From Octopus vulgaris (lineage: Eukaryota): 64,000 nucleotides of DNA. The stretch's first letter is position 1. Each line of letters opens with the position of its first letter. This document shows, one piece after another, positions 53,015-64,000 of the stretch. The DNA lies in contig OX597824.1 in NCBI GenBank assembly GCA_951406725.2, positions 94,550,001 to 94,614,000 on the forward strand, written 5' to 3'. The notes under the pieces were generated by a model that saw only the letters and a list, made by a program, of their open reading frames with translations, ran no database searches and was not told where the DNA came from. The translations under genes and the position numbers were made by a program.

Positions 53015-53634
53015 CATGCGTTAAGAGAGATATCTACAAACAGCTGATGTTTTAGGAAACACATCCATCAGGTCTCACAGAGGCTTGTAAACGTGGAGAC
53101 GTGTCAAGGGTGGAGTGATGGTGGTAGTGGGAGGAGAGCATCAAAGGTGTAGATTATGAGAGGGTTGGGGGAGGTAGACAGGAAATGTACGGATGTGTGG
53201 GGGGAGGGACGAGGAGGGGCTGTGAGAGGATAAGAATGATGAATCTGTAGATAATGTAAAAGTGCATATACTCGTCCAAGAGGATGATGAGGATGGAAGA
53301 TGGTGGATGCTGCGAGTGAGTGAGTCATAGTTTGAAAGTATGAAGGGTGTATGCATGCAGTGTGTAGACGTATTTGAGTTTGGAGGGTGGGTGTGTATTT
53401 GTGGGGTGCGAGAAGATTACGCTGGTGCAGAGAAGGAAAAAGTTGTGTGAAGTGTAATATGCCTTTAGTCGAGTAAATTGACCCCAGGACTTATTCTTTG
53501 TAAGCCTAGTACTTATTCTATCAGTCTCTTTTACCGAACCGCTAAGTTATGGGGACGTAAACACACCAGTATCGGTTGTCAAGCGATGTTGGTGGGGACA
53601 AACACCGACACACAAACATATGTACAAACACATA

Positions 53635-53699
<65 letters not shown>

Positions 53700-54470
53700 G
53701 ACGGGACTTCTTTCAGTTTCCGTCTACCAAATCTACTCACAAGGCATTGGTCGGCCCGAGGCTATAGTAGAAGACACTTGCCCAAGGTGCCACGCAGTGG
53801 GACTGAACCCGGAACCATGTGGTTGGTAAGCAAGCTACGTACCACACAGCCACACACACACTATATATATATATGTGTGGGGGGGGGTGTTTGTGTGTGT
53901 GTGTGTGTGTGTGCGTGTGTGTGTTTGTGTCTCTGTCTGTGTGTGTGTTTGTGTGTTGGTGTTTGTGCCCCCCACCATCGCTCGACAACCGACGTTGGTG
54001 TGTTTACATCCCTGTAACTTAGAAGTTCAGCAAAAGAGGCCGATAGAATAAGTACTAGGAGGCTTACAAAGAATAAATCCTGGGGGTGGTTTTGTACAAC
54101 TAAAAAAGACGGTGCTCCAGCCTGGCCGCAGTCAAATGACTGAAACAAATGAAAGAAAAGAATAAGGGAATAGACAATCTAAGCCTCGCCTAATTGGTCT
54201 GTCATTGGAATTTAGGCAGATGGAAGCAATGTATTCTATTCGGACCACGAAAATAATCTTCTCCGATGCATTTCATACATCATGAAACGGTGTTAGTATT
54301 TTTTTTTTAGCCGACTTTGATCGATAAGGGTTGGAATCTTCTCTGCCATTTCTTTCGTCAGAAATAGTTTGGCTTCAATGTGTTTTCATGGCTTCAACCT
54401 GAAATGCAGTTGATGGGTGCGTCATTTAATATGGCAGACGTGGGCGTCTTGGGCCACTCTCATCTCTCTT

Positions 54471-54513
<43 letters not shown>

Positions 54514-54538
54514 GTGTGTGTATGTGTATATGCGTGTG

Positions 54539-54579
<41 letters not shown>

Positions 54580-54644
54580 CATACAAACATTATTTAATAA
54601 TATTAATTTCTACTCTTATTCTATAAATATATATACATACATAC

Positions 54645-54749
<105 letters not shown>

Positions 54750-55104
54750 ATATATTCATATGTGTATATATATGTATGTATGTATGTGTGTATGTATGTA
54801 TATGTATCATTATATACATATATGTACATGTTGAGGCGCCAGAATTTAGTACGGTATTATCCATACAATTTCAAAATACGGTGATTAAAATCAAAATAAG
54901 CAACAAGGATATCCAGGGGTATCCTCTCTCTTCCCTTCTCCCTATCGCTGCATGTGTGTGTGTGTGTGAGTATATTTCTGTATGTGTATGGTGAGTGTTT
55001 ATGTCATTTGTGTTCAATTGATAAATTGCTATGTTGTCACCGTCCTTCATATTCCGTCTATCTGTATGTGTATACTTCTGCAGTCGCGTCCGAGTCGTTG
55101 TGCG

Positions 55105-55191
<87 letters not shown>

Positions 55192-55194
<3 letters not shown>

Positions 55195-55312
55195 ATGAGC
55201 GGGTGTGTTTGCGTCCAGTGCCAAAAAGTAACGTCGCCGAAACAGGCGGAATGTCTAGTCAGCCGCGCCAAATCGTCAGCGTCGAAACAGCCGCGCCCAA
55301 TGGGCTCATTCC
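55192..55312. mobile_element. Short GC-rich MITE-like element
   Basis: Inverted ends GAATGAGC/GCTCATTC around ~20-bp GCGCCGAAACAG-type subrepeats. Confidence 0.5.
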
Positions 55313-55456
55313 GAAAAACAACAAAGCACAATAATAGCAATGACGACAACAAATATTAATAACAAGAAGGAGAACAACAACAACAACAGTGCGTCAACGA
55401 GGGATATCTTTCTCGCTTAAATTACACTCTGCTCTCTCTTTAAAAAAAGGTCGGTG

Positions 55457-55883
55457 GGATCTTTTCGGTTTGAACGGCAGTTTTTTAAAATAATTTCCAC
55501 GTAACTAAACACTTTTAAACTTCGTATGCTGGTAGAATGTGTTTATAAAACATCGTTTTCTCTTGGCTTTATTGAGAAAATTCCATAGTTTGTAAGATAT
55601 TTGTTGTTTTTTTCTTCAATTTCTTTAATTTCAACCAATCAATGACATCTATTGAGGTAAAAAAACCATTCTGCGCCGTATGAATATGTCCCTCGTTTAA
55701 GAAACAGATTGGGTTTATTTACATTTGTGAAGAAAAAAGATACCCTTCCCCCCACCCCAACCCTAACCCTAACTAACCTTAACCCTAAAACAGATTGAAA
55801 TGCAATAGATCGATACTAGGGTCATAATTATGGGTGACAATTTCATATGATACCGCTAAATAAAACTGCCGTTCAAACCGAAA
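55457..55883. mobile_element. Second GGATCTTTTCGG-TIR MITE copy (right TIR clipped)
   Basis: Reverse-complement match to 43600-44006; contains CCCTAA repeats. Confidence 0.88.
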
Positions 55884-55937
55884 CATTAATTAATGCGGTG
55901 GAAACATTAATTAATGCAGTCCTTTTTTTTCTTTTTT

Positions 55938-56310
55938 CGGCACTCCGTCAGTTACGACGACGAGGGTCCCAGCTGATCCGATCAACGGAACAGCCTGCTC
56001 GTGAAATTAACGTGCAAGTGGCTGAGCACTCCACAGACACGTGTACCCTTAACGTAGTTCTCGGGGAGATTCAGCGTGACACAGAGTGTGGCAAGGCTGG
56101 CCCTTTGAAATACAGGTACAACATAAACAGGAAGAAAGAGTGAGAGAAAGCTATGGTGAAAGAGTACGGCAGAGTTCACCACCACCCCTTGCCACAACAT
56201 CGTGGGGCTTTCAGTGTTTTCGCTCAATAAATACTCACTACGATCGGTCTGGGATTTGAAATCCTATGGCCACGCGTCTCCTACCCTAACCACTGGGCCA
56301 TTGCACTTCC
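55938..56310 (-). mobile_element. tRNA-derived SINE, family D-related
   Basis: tRNA-like head at the right end; 3' part shared with 11803-12672, 5' part similar to 15682-15870. Confidence 0.8.
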
Positions 56311-56339
56311 ACAAAGCAATCCTAGACACACTATGAATA

Positions 56340-56570
56340 TATTTCTTTACTACTCACAAGGGGCTAAACACAGAGGGGACAAACAAGGACAGACATAGGT
56401 AGTAAGTCGATCACATCGACCCCAGTGCGTAACTGGTACTTAACTCATCGACCCCGAAAGGATGAAGGCAAAGTCGACCTCGGCGGAATTTGAACTCAGA
56501 ACGTAACGGCAGACGAAATACGGCTACGCATTTCGACCGGCGTGCTAACGTTTCTGCCAGCTCTCCGCCT
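56340..56570 (-). mobile_element. SINE family A monomer with ~16-bp TSD
   Basis: AGA[C/T]ACACTATGAATA on both sides. Confidence 0.9.
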
Positions 56571-56663
56571 AGATACACTATGAATAAAAGATCGGACAGT
56601 TGCAGCTAAAACCCCTTCGATCAAAGGTCTTGCTAGATCAAGACGGTACTATTTAAGAAGCGT

Positions 56664-56897
56664 GGTCCCAGTGCGTGCACTCACGTAGTCGCGCATCCAC
56701 GCTAGCTAGTCATGACTAGTCGATCCTACAACGACTACCTAGCAAAGTAAATAAAACACAAAATAAATAATTTTTGTTAAACAAAGTAAATAATTTTTTA
56801 AACAAAGTAAATAAAACACAAAAACACAAAGTAAGGATCGACTAGTCACGACTAGCTAGCGTGGATGCGCGACTACACGAGTGCGCGCACCAGGACC
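56664..56897. repeat. 64-bp GC-rich inverted repeat around an A-rich spacer
   Basis: 56664-56727 versus 56834-56897, 58 of 64 complementary. Confidence 0.9.
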
Positions 56898-57581
56898 CTG
56901 ACACTCGCTGACGATACATCGAAGAGGCCAGGGAACAGAAGAAAGAAGACATGCACCCAACACCAGAGCTGAAGACACCTCCGAAAGGGGGGGGGGCACG
57001 TCAAAACGGTAGAGGAGTAGGGGCCGAAACAGGACATGGTTCCTCCTGATGATGTCTTGAGCTAACTGGATCCTATAAAGGAGCTGTTGTGGTAGCAGAC
57101 CATGAAACACGGTTGAAATTCCCCAGGTCTTCGTAGATCAAGACAAGTCTGAAGCTAAAAAGCAGCTACAATAAACATCATTTTCATCATCAACAATGGC
57201 AGTAGCAAAAGCACCAACAACAGCAGCAATAACAAGAAGAATAACGAAAGCAACAATGACAGCTGCGTTAAGGATTTCGAAGATTTATGCACGTCGTTTA
57301 TCCATCAAAACTAATTATCGTAACTCCATAACAGATTTTTAAACATTAATTATGTAATAAGGTACGTATGTCAGTAAAGTAGATTTCGCATTCCAAAGCG
57401 ATATCTTGAGCGTCACTCGATGGCGGCAGATTCTAGGAAGTTAAGATTTCGTTTTAATCTTCCCGAACAATAACCAACAACAGAAGGCCCTGGATATCAC
57501 GGATTCAAATAAATTGCTACAGACATAATGAATACCGAACGAACGATACCATATGTAAATATATACACACACACACGTTTG

Positions 57582-57613
<32 letters not shown>

Positions 57614-58296
57614 TGTATGTATGTATGTATGTATGTATGTATGTATGTATGTATGTTATGTATGTGTGTGTATGTAAGTAAGTATGTATGTATGTATGTA
57701 TGTATGTGTGTATGATGTATGTATGTATATATGTATGTGTGTATGTATGTATGCATGCATGTATGTGTGTATATATGTGCATGTATGTATGTATGTATGT
57801 GTGTGTATGTATGTGTGTGTATGTATGTATGTATGTATGTATGTATGTATGTGTGTGTGTATGTATGTATGTATGTATGTATGTATGTATGTATGTATGT
57901 ATGTATGTATGTATTATATATGTATGATGTGTGTAGGCACGATAACAATTGAAGCCAGTTTCGGTTGAAGTCCGAATCTGGCAAATAGGCGAATCAAAGT
58001 TGGTATGATGTGATTATCGTGATGAAGTAAGGCATGTTTAATTCTGTTAAATTGATAACTATTCTTATCTTAGCATACATGCACAAATAAATACTTATAT
58101 ATATACATATAAATGTATTCATATATATATATACACACATATATACAATATATAACGTTTATATATAATATATAGGTGAAATAAACATTGGAGATGCTTT
58201 GCCCTACGCACAAAGTATAAGAACTATTTAAGGATATGTGTGAGTTTAGACTCTCACAACACACACATATATATTGGAGGGGTCAATGTATTTGTA

Positions 58297-58361
<65 letters not shown>

Positions 58362-58554
58362 GGCCGGTTCAAGTTACCGTCAACTCGTGCAGTCGCCCGG
58401 GGAGCCATGTGCTAGGGGGCACCAAGGAGATCGTGACAAAGACAAAACAAGGAAATATCCACGAGCAAGTTTGTGTAACATTTATTTTCATTTAAGCCCG
58501 CTACGCATGCAAGACTCCAGGAGCTCCAACAAAACCAGTGATAAAGAGATAATG

Positions 58555-58607
<53 letters not shown>

Positions 58608-58629
58608 CTAATAATAATAATAATAATAA

Positions 58630-58934
58630 CTAGCAGTATCGCCCGGCGTTGCTCGGGTTTGTAAGGGAAATAACTATATAAGCATTTTTAGAGAGTTACT
58701 TCCCTTATATAACCCGAGCAAAAATCATTAAAAATGCGGAAAAATGATGGTAAATTTTTTTTTAATCGTAGACTCATCGTAGACGTGCGCTAATACTCAG
58801 AAGAGCTCGATATGAATCACGACTATAAGATACCCGCTTTTGGTTAAACTGCACCGCAAAATGTGGGAGTAGTTAGGAATCTAAATCGTAGGAGACAGAC
58901 ACACACACACACCACTTTAGTTTTATATATAAAG

Positions 58935-58935
<1 letters not shown>
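58630..58935 (-). mobile_element. Complete non-autonomous Helitron
   Basis: Minus strand A|TCTTTATATATAAAA...CCCGAGCAACGCCGGG hairpin..CTAG|T, inserted in a (TAA)n tract without a TSD. Confidence 0.88.
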
Positions 58936-59016
<81 letters not shown>

Positions 59017-59039
59017 CGATTTCTTTTATATGAAATAAT

Positions 59040-59240
59040 AGAATCTAGCCAGAGAGCTGGTGATATTGTGGAAGATGAAGACAACAATTATTCTTGCCGT
59101 AATGGTGCACATGGCACAATATCCAAAATGCTACCTAAAGGACTGAAAGAGATCGGAACTGAAACTCGAATTCTCGACCCGCATAAAATACCAACCTATA
59201 TTCTTTGAGAATCATCAGCAAGATTCTTGAGATTTGAGGA
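59040..59240 (+). mobile_element. Degraded R4/Dong-like LINE 3' fragment
   Basis: NLARELVILWKMKTTII..GAHGTISKMLPKGLKEIG after a (TAA)n tract. Confidence 0.55.
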
Positions 59241-59669
59241 CACTTGTCAACAGACATCAAGGCAAAATACCCAGCACTGAGGACGATGTCATTGACTTAA
59301 CCTCTTTCCCGAAACTTGCTGGCCTTGCGCTAAAATTTGAAGCTTTTATTGTTGTTGTTGCTGTTGTTTCAAATTTTGGTACGAGGCCAGCAAGTTTGCA
59401 GGAGTGGATAAGTCGATTACATCGACCCCAGTGCAAACAATATCGATTCATGAATTTATGTATTTATTTATTTTTTAAATACATATTTTACCTGTGAATT
59501 TGCATGTGTAATCTGGGAATGCATGCAATGAGCTTCTCTGCCCTAGGTGTACGGAAAACACCCAGCGAGAAACGGAAGAAAATTTGAAGAAAGAAGGAAA
59601 AAAAAAAATAATAATAATAATAATAATAATTGCTCATGTCCATCATTATCATTATTATTATTATTATTA

Positions 59670-60937
59670 CTTTTTTTTTCTTTCTTCTTTCAAATTTGCT
59701 TCCATTTCTTGCCGAGTGTCTTCCCGACTCCTAGGGCAAAGAAACTCATAGTGTATATTGGTAGGCCATTAAACCAAACTCAGTAGTTCGTTCATTTTTT
59801 TTATTTTTTTTAAAGTTAAATTAAAATACATGAGCAGCAACAGTTCTCACATCGACAATGCTCTTCTCAATACGTGTGATGTACCAGTTAAGACAATCTT
59901 TTGCACTTCTTGCAGGGATGGTAAGCCAGGGATCATTCTCATATAATTTTCGGTTCCCTTCTTGATCATTCCTAGTGCTCCTACGATCACTGGTATTGTA
60001 ACCGCCTTGAGATGCCACATTTTCTCAATTTCAATGAGTAGGTCTTTATATTTTCTGAGCTTGTCAAACTCTTTCGCTGAGATATTATGATCACAGGGGA
60101 TGCTCATGTCGATCAATAAGCAAACTTTATTGTTTTGGTCTTTCACAACAATATCTGGTTTATTGGCCTTGATGGTTCGGTCTGTATGTACTGGAAAGTC
60201 CCACAGAATGGTTACATTTTCTCCTTCAGTTACAGCCTCAGGGTGGTGATTATACCACTTGTCGGCAGTTTTGATATTGTAATGCCGACTTATTAGCCAG
60301 TGTAGATATTGGCCAACTCTGTCATGTCTTAATTTATACTCCACTGGTGCTAAGACTTTACATCCAGAGATTAGGTGGTCCACTGTTTCAATCATGTCGT
60401 TGCAGAATCGGCATTTTGGGTCTGCTCCATTTTTCATCACATTGGCCTGGTAGTTCCGGGTTAATAGGCTTTGATCTTGAGCAGCCAGGATGAAACCTTC
60501 GCTCTCTGCTTTTAGCCCTGAGCTCCGTAGCCACTGATGGGTTTGCTTCTGGTCAACATCAGCTTGTTTGCTGCGGGCCACATATTTGCCGTGCAGAGGT
60601 TTCTCCTCCCACCTATCAGCCAATTGCTCGTGCGCTTTTTTCGTTGCCATTATTTTTACCTTCTTTGCAACAATAGTTGCCGTACTTCCCTCGGGTTGTT
60701 CAGTTTGGGTATCCTACACGAGATCAATAGCAAATTTGTTGCTTTCCTTTATGATAGAATGAAGCTTCTTTCGTCTCTCGTGATTTTCCACGAGCTTTAG
60801 CATCCAGTCATTCGTTATTTCGAGATATTTGGTCAGTCCAATTGTGGTTGTTTTGTAAGCTAGTTCAAATTGGATCAGGCCTCGACCTCCTTGGGCTCTG
60901 GGAAGGTAAAGGCGATCTACGTCTGCCTTTGGGTGGT

Positions 60938-60938
<1 letters not shown>
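59670..60938 (-). mobile_element. 5'-truncated R4/Dong-clade non-LTR retrotransposon (RT thumb end, CCHC knuckle, restriction-like endonuclease)
   Basis: HPKADVDRLYLPRAQGGRGL, one stop at 60714-60716, then KPLHGKY, CRFC..ETVDHLISGC, RHD, KPDIVV..IDMSIP, K..KY, VGALG; both ends abut (TAA)n. Confidence 0.92.
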
Positions 60939-61023
<85 letters not shown>

Positions 61024-61105
61024 TATGGGTTTTTCTTCTTCTTTCAAATTTGCAAGACACTCGGCAAGAAATGGAAGCAAATTTGAAAGAAGGAAAAAAC
61101 CCATA

Positions 61106-61225
<120 letters not shown>

Positions 61226-61589
61226 CATGAGCAATAAAAACAGACAAAAGAAGCAAGAACCCCAAAGAAACCACACCAAACATTCTTCAGATATTAATCG
61301 AGTGCAGACCAATACCATCTCTTTTGAAGCGATTCTGGGTTGGAAGCTGTGTGTCTTTTTTTTTTATATTTTGTTTGTTTGTTTTCTCCTTATTTTTTTG
61401 CTTGTGTTTTACTTTTTCTTTTTATCTTTATCCAGAGAATTTATTCGTTGAAGGGATTTTACTTTCTTGGGAATGGTCGGTTTACAGTAGAGTGCATTTG
61501 TCTTCGCATTCCACCCGCTTGCATATATATACATACAAATTCATATATATGTGTGTATATATATATACACACACACACACATACAGATT

Positions 61590-61627
<38 letters not shown>

Positions 61628-61628
<1 letters not shown>

Positions 61629-62011
61629 TAGCAGTATCGCCCGGCATTGCTCGGGTTTGTAAGGGAAATAACTATATAACCATTTTTAGAGAGTTATAGC
61701 CAAAAAATAGCAAAAAATACATTAAAAATGGAAAACAAAGGTTGGTAAATTTTTTTTTAAATCGTTGACTCATCGTAGACATTTTTAGAGAGTTACTTCC
61801 CTTATATAATAGCGAAAAAATGCATTAAAATGGAAAAAAATTATGGTAATTTTTTTTTAAATCGTAGACTCATCGTAGACGCGCGCTAATACCCAGAAGG
61901 GCTCGATATGAATCACGACTATAAGATACCCGGTTTTGGTTAAACTGCACCGCAAAATGTGGGAGTAGTTAGGAATCTAAATCGTAGGAGACAGACACAC
62001 AACCTCTCTTT

Positions 62012-62023
<12 letters not shown>
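61628..62023 (-). mobile_element. Non-autonomous Helitron, same family as 58630-58935, with internal duplication
   Basis: Same CTAG end and hairpin; inserted in (TA)n. Confidence 0.85.
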
Positions 62024-62087
<64 letters not shown>

Positions 62088-62754
62088 CATATTCATATAT
62101 CTATTATATAAAATTCGGTGTCTTCTAGGATCTCGGGCATCCTCCATCCTATTGCGCTCAAATTTGATATGTAGATACCGATAGTATCAGGGCGTGTATA
62201 AGTCTTGAAAAAATTTCAAAAATCGATTCTTTTACTTGTTTCTGTCATTTGACTGCGGCCATGCTGGAGCAAATCGACACCAGGAATATTCTTTGTAAGC
62301 CTAGTACTTATTCTATCGGTCTCTTTTGCCGAACCGCTAAGTTACGGGGACGTAAACACACCAGCATCGGTTGTCAAGCGATGTTGAGGGGACAAACATA
62401 GATGCACAAACATATACACACACATACATATATACATATATACAACGGGCTTCTTTCAGTTTCCGTCTACCAAATCCACTCACAAGGCTTTGGTCGGCCC
62501 AAGGCTATAGCAGAAGACACTTGCCCGAGGTGCCACTCAGTGGAACTGAACCCGGAAAAGCAAGCTACTTACCACACAGCCACTCCTACGCCTATAATTT
62601 GTTTCCTATGTACATTTCACCATTGTGGTTATCAGTGCCCTCTGCAGAGGGCGTTCTAAGTGCGTTTGGATTCTGAAACCCAACACTTCATCCGGGGAAC
62701 ATTTTATGGCATTCTGTTACACTAATTAAACAAATTAACATATATACATATTTA

Positions 62755-62794
<40 letters not shown>

Positions 62795-62912
62795 CATGTG
62801 AGTGTGTATGTATGCATGCATGTATGTCTATGACTATCCCCAAATATAGCAATATATATATATATATATATGTATATACAATATCTGCAATATATACACA
62901 CACACACGCACA

Positions 62913-62965
<53 letters not shown>

Positions 62966-63106
62966 ACACATATATATAATTATAAGTATATATGTATGTA
63001 TATATATGATTGCATATATGTGTTTGCGAGTGTTTGTATGTGTTTACATGCGTTTACATGCGTACGTGCCTATGTGTGTGTGTTTGTGTTTGTGTGTGTG
63101 TGTGTT

Positions 63107-63176
<70 letters not shown>

Positions 63177-63379
63177 TGTGTGCATGTGTAAGATGAAACG
63201 TAAATCATATTTTCGGCTTTATGGATTTTTATTTACATAGACATGAAACACATATTTGTTCCATTAGATAATATATAACAGTCGTCAGAGCTTCCCCACA
63301 GGTGTATATCGACCAAATGTACCTGCACTCACAACAAAAACAACGATCAAAGATATTATATAAGAGGGAGCGTGTCCAG

Positions 63380-63380
<1 letters not shown>

Positions 63381-63410
<30 letters not shown>

Positions 63411-64000
63411 TGTATGTATGTATGTATGTATGTATGTATGTATGTATGTATGTGTGTATGTATGTATTTATGTATGTGTGTAAGTATGTATGTATATATG
63501 TATGTATGTATGTATATATGTATGTATGTGTGTGTATGTGTTTATGTATGTATGTGTGTTTGTGTGTAATTATGTATGTATGTATGTATGTATGTATGTA
63601 TGTATGTATGTATGTATGCATGTATGTATGTATGTATGTATGAATGTATGTAAGTATGTATGTATATATGTATGTATGTATGTATATATGTATGTATATA
63701 TGTATGTATGTATGTATATATGTATGTATGCGTGTATGTGTGTAATTATGTATGTATGCATGTATTCATGTATGTATGTACGTATGTATGTATGTATGTA
63801 TGTATGTATGTATGTATGTATGTATGTATGTATGTATGTATGTATGTATGTATGTATGTATGTATGTATGTATGTATGTATGTATGTATGTATGTATGTA
63901 TGTATGTATGTATGTATGTATGTATGTATTTAAGGATGTATGTATGTAAGTATGTATGTAAGTATGTATGTATGTATGTATGTATGTATGTGTGTATGTA
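63381..64000. repeat. (ATGT)n microsatellite
   Basis: Read directly; similar arrays at 35280-35600, 36030-36355 and 57580-57925. Confidence 0.95.

Noticed and set aside
55755-55790. Telomeric repeats as an interstitial telomere
   Set aside because: Only a few units, and they are internal to a MITE.

Overview
Eukaryotic, AT-rich DNA dense in microsatellites and SINEs. The repeat landscape points to an octopus-type cephalopod genome (inference, not database-checked). One host gene is supported: six coding exons of a ZIP9/SLC39A9-type zinc transporter on the + strand, join(11334-11445,16105-16335,17487-17564,19102-19187,21839-21973,24002-24244). All introns are GT-AG with consistent phases, and exon 1 was not found in the window. 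The rest is mostly transposon-derived: several tRNA-derived SINE families (one forming exact 184-bp concatemers), piggyBac-, mariner- and Tigger-type MITEs, non-autonomous Helitrons, R4/Dong-like and RTE-like LINE 3' ends, and mini/microsatellites. Most ORF-track entries are microsatellite translation artefacts. The most interesting signals are RNA-structural. A near-canonical hammerhead ribozyme motif (48821-48866, +) lies inside a ~190-nt rod-like fold-back that appears able to switch between ribozyme-sequestered and ribozyme-folded states, and is bracketed by inverted (CA)n/(TG)n arms. A second hammerhead lies antisense in the last ZIP9 intron, and a decayed sense-strand one lies just upstream of exon 2. 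All folds were derived by hand and no activity is demonstrated.
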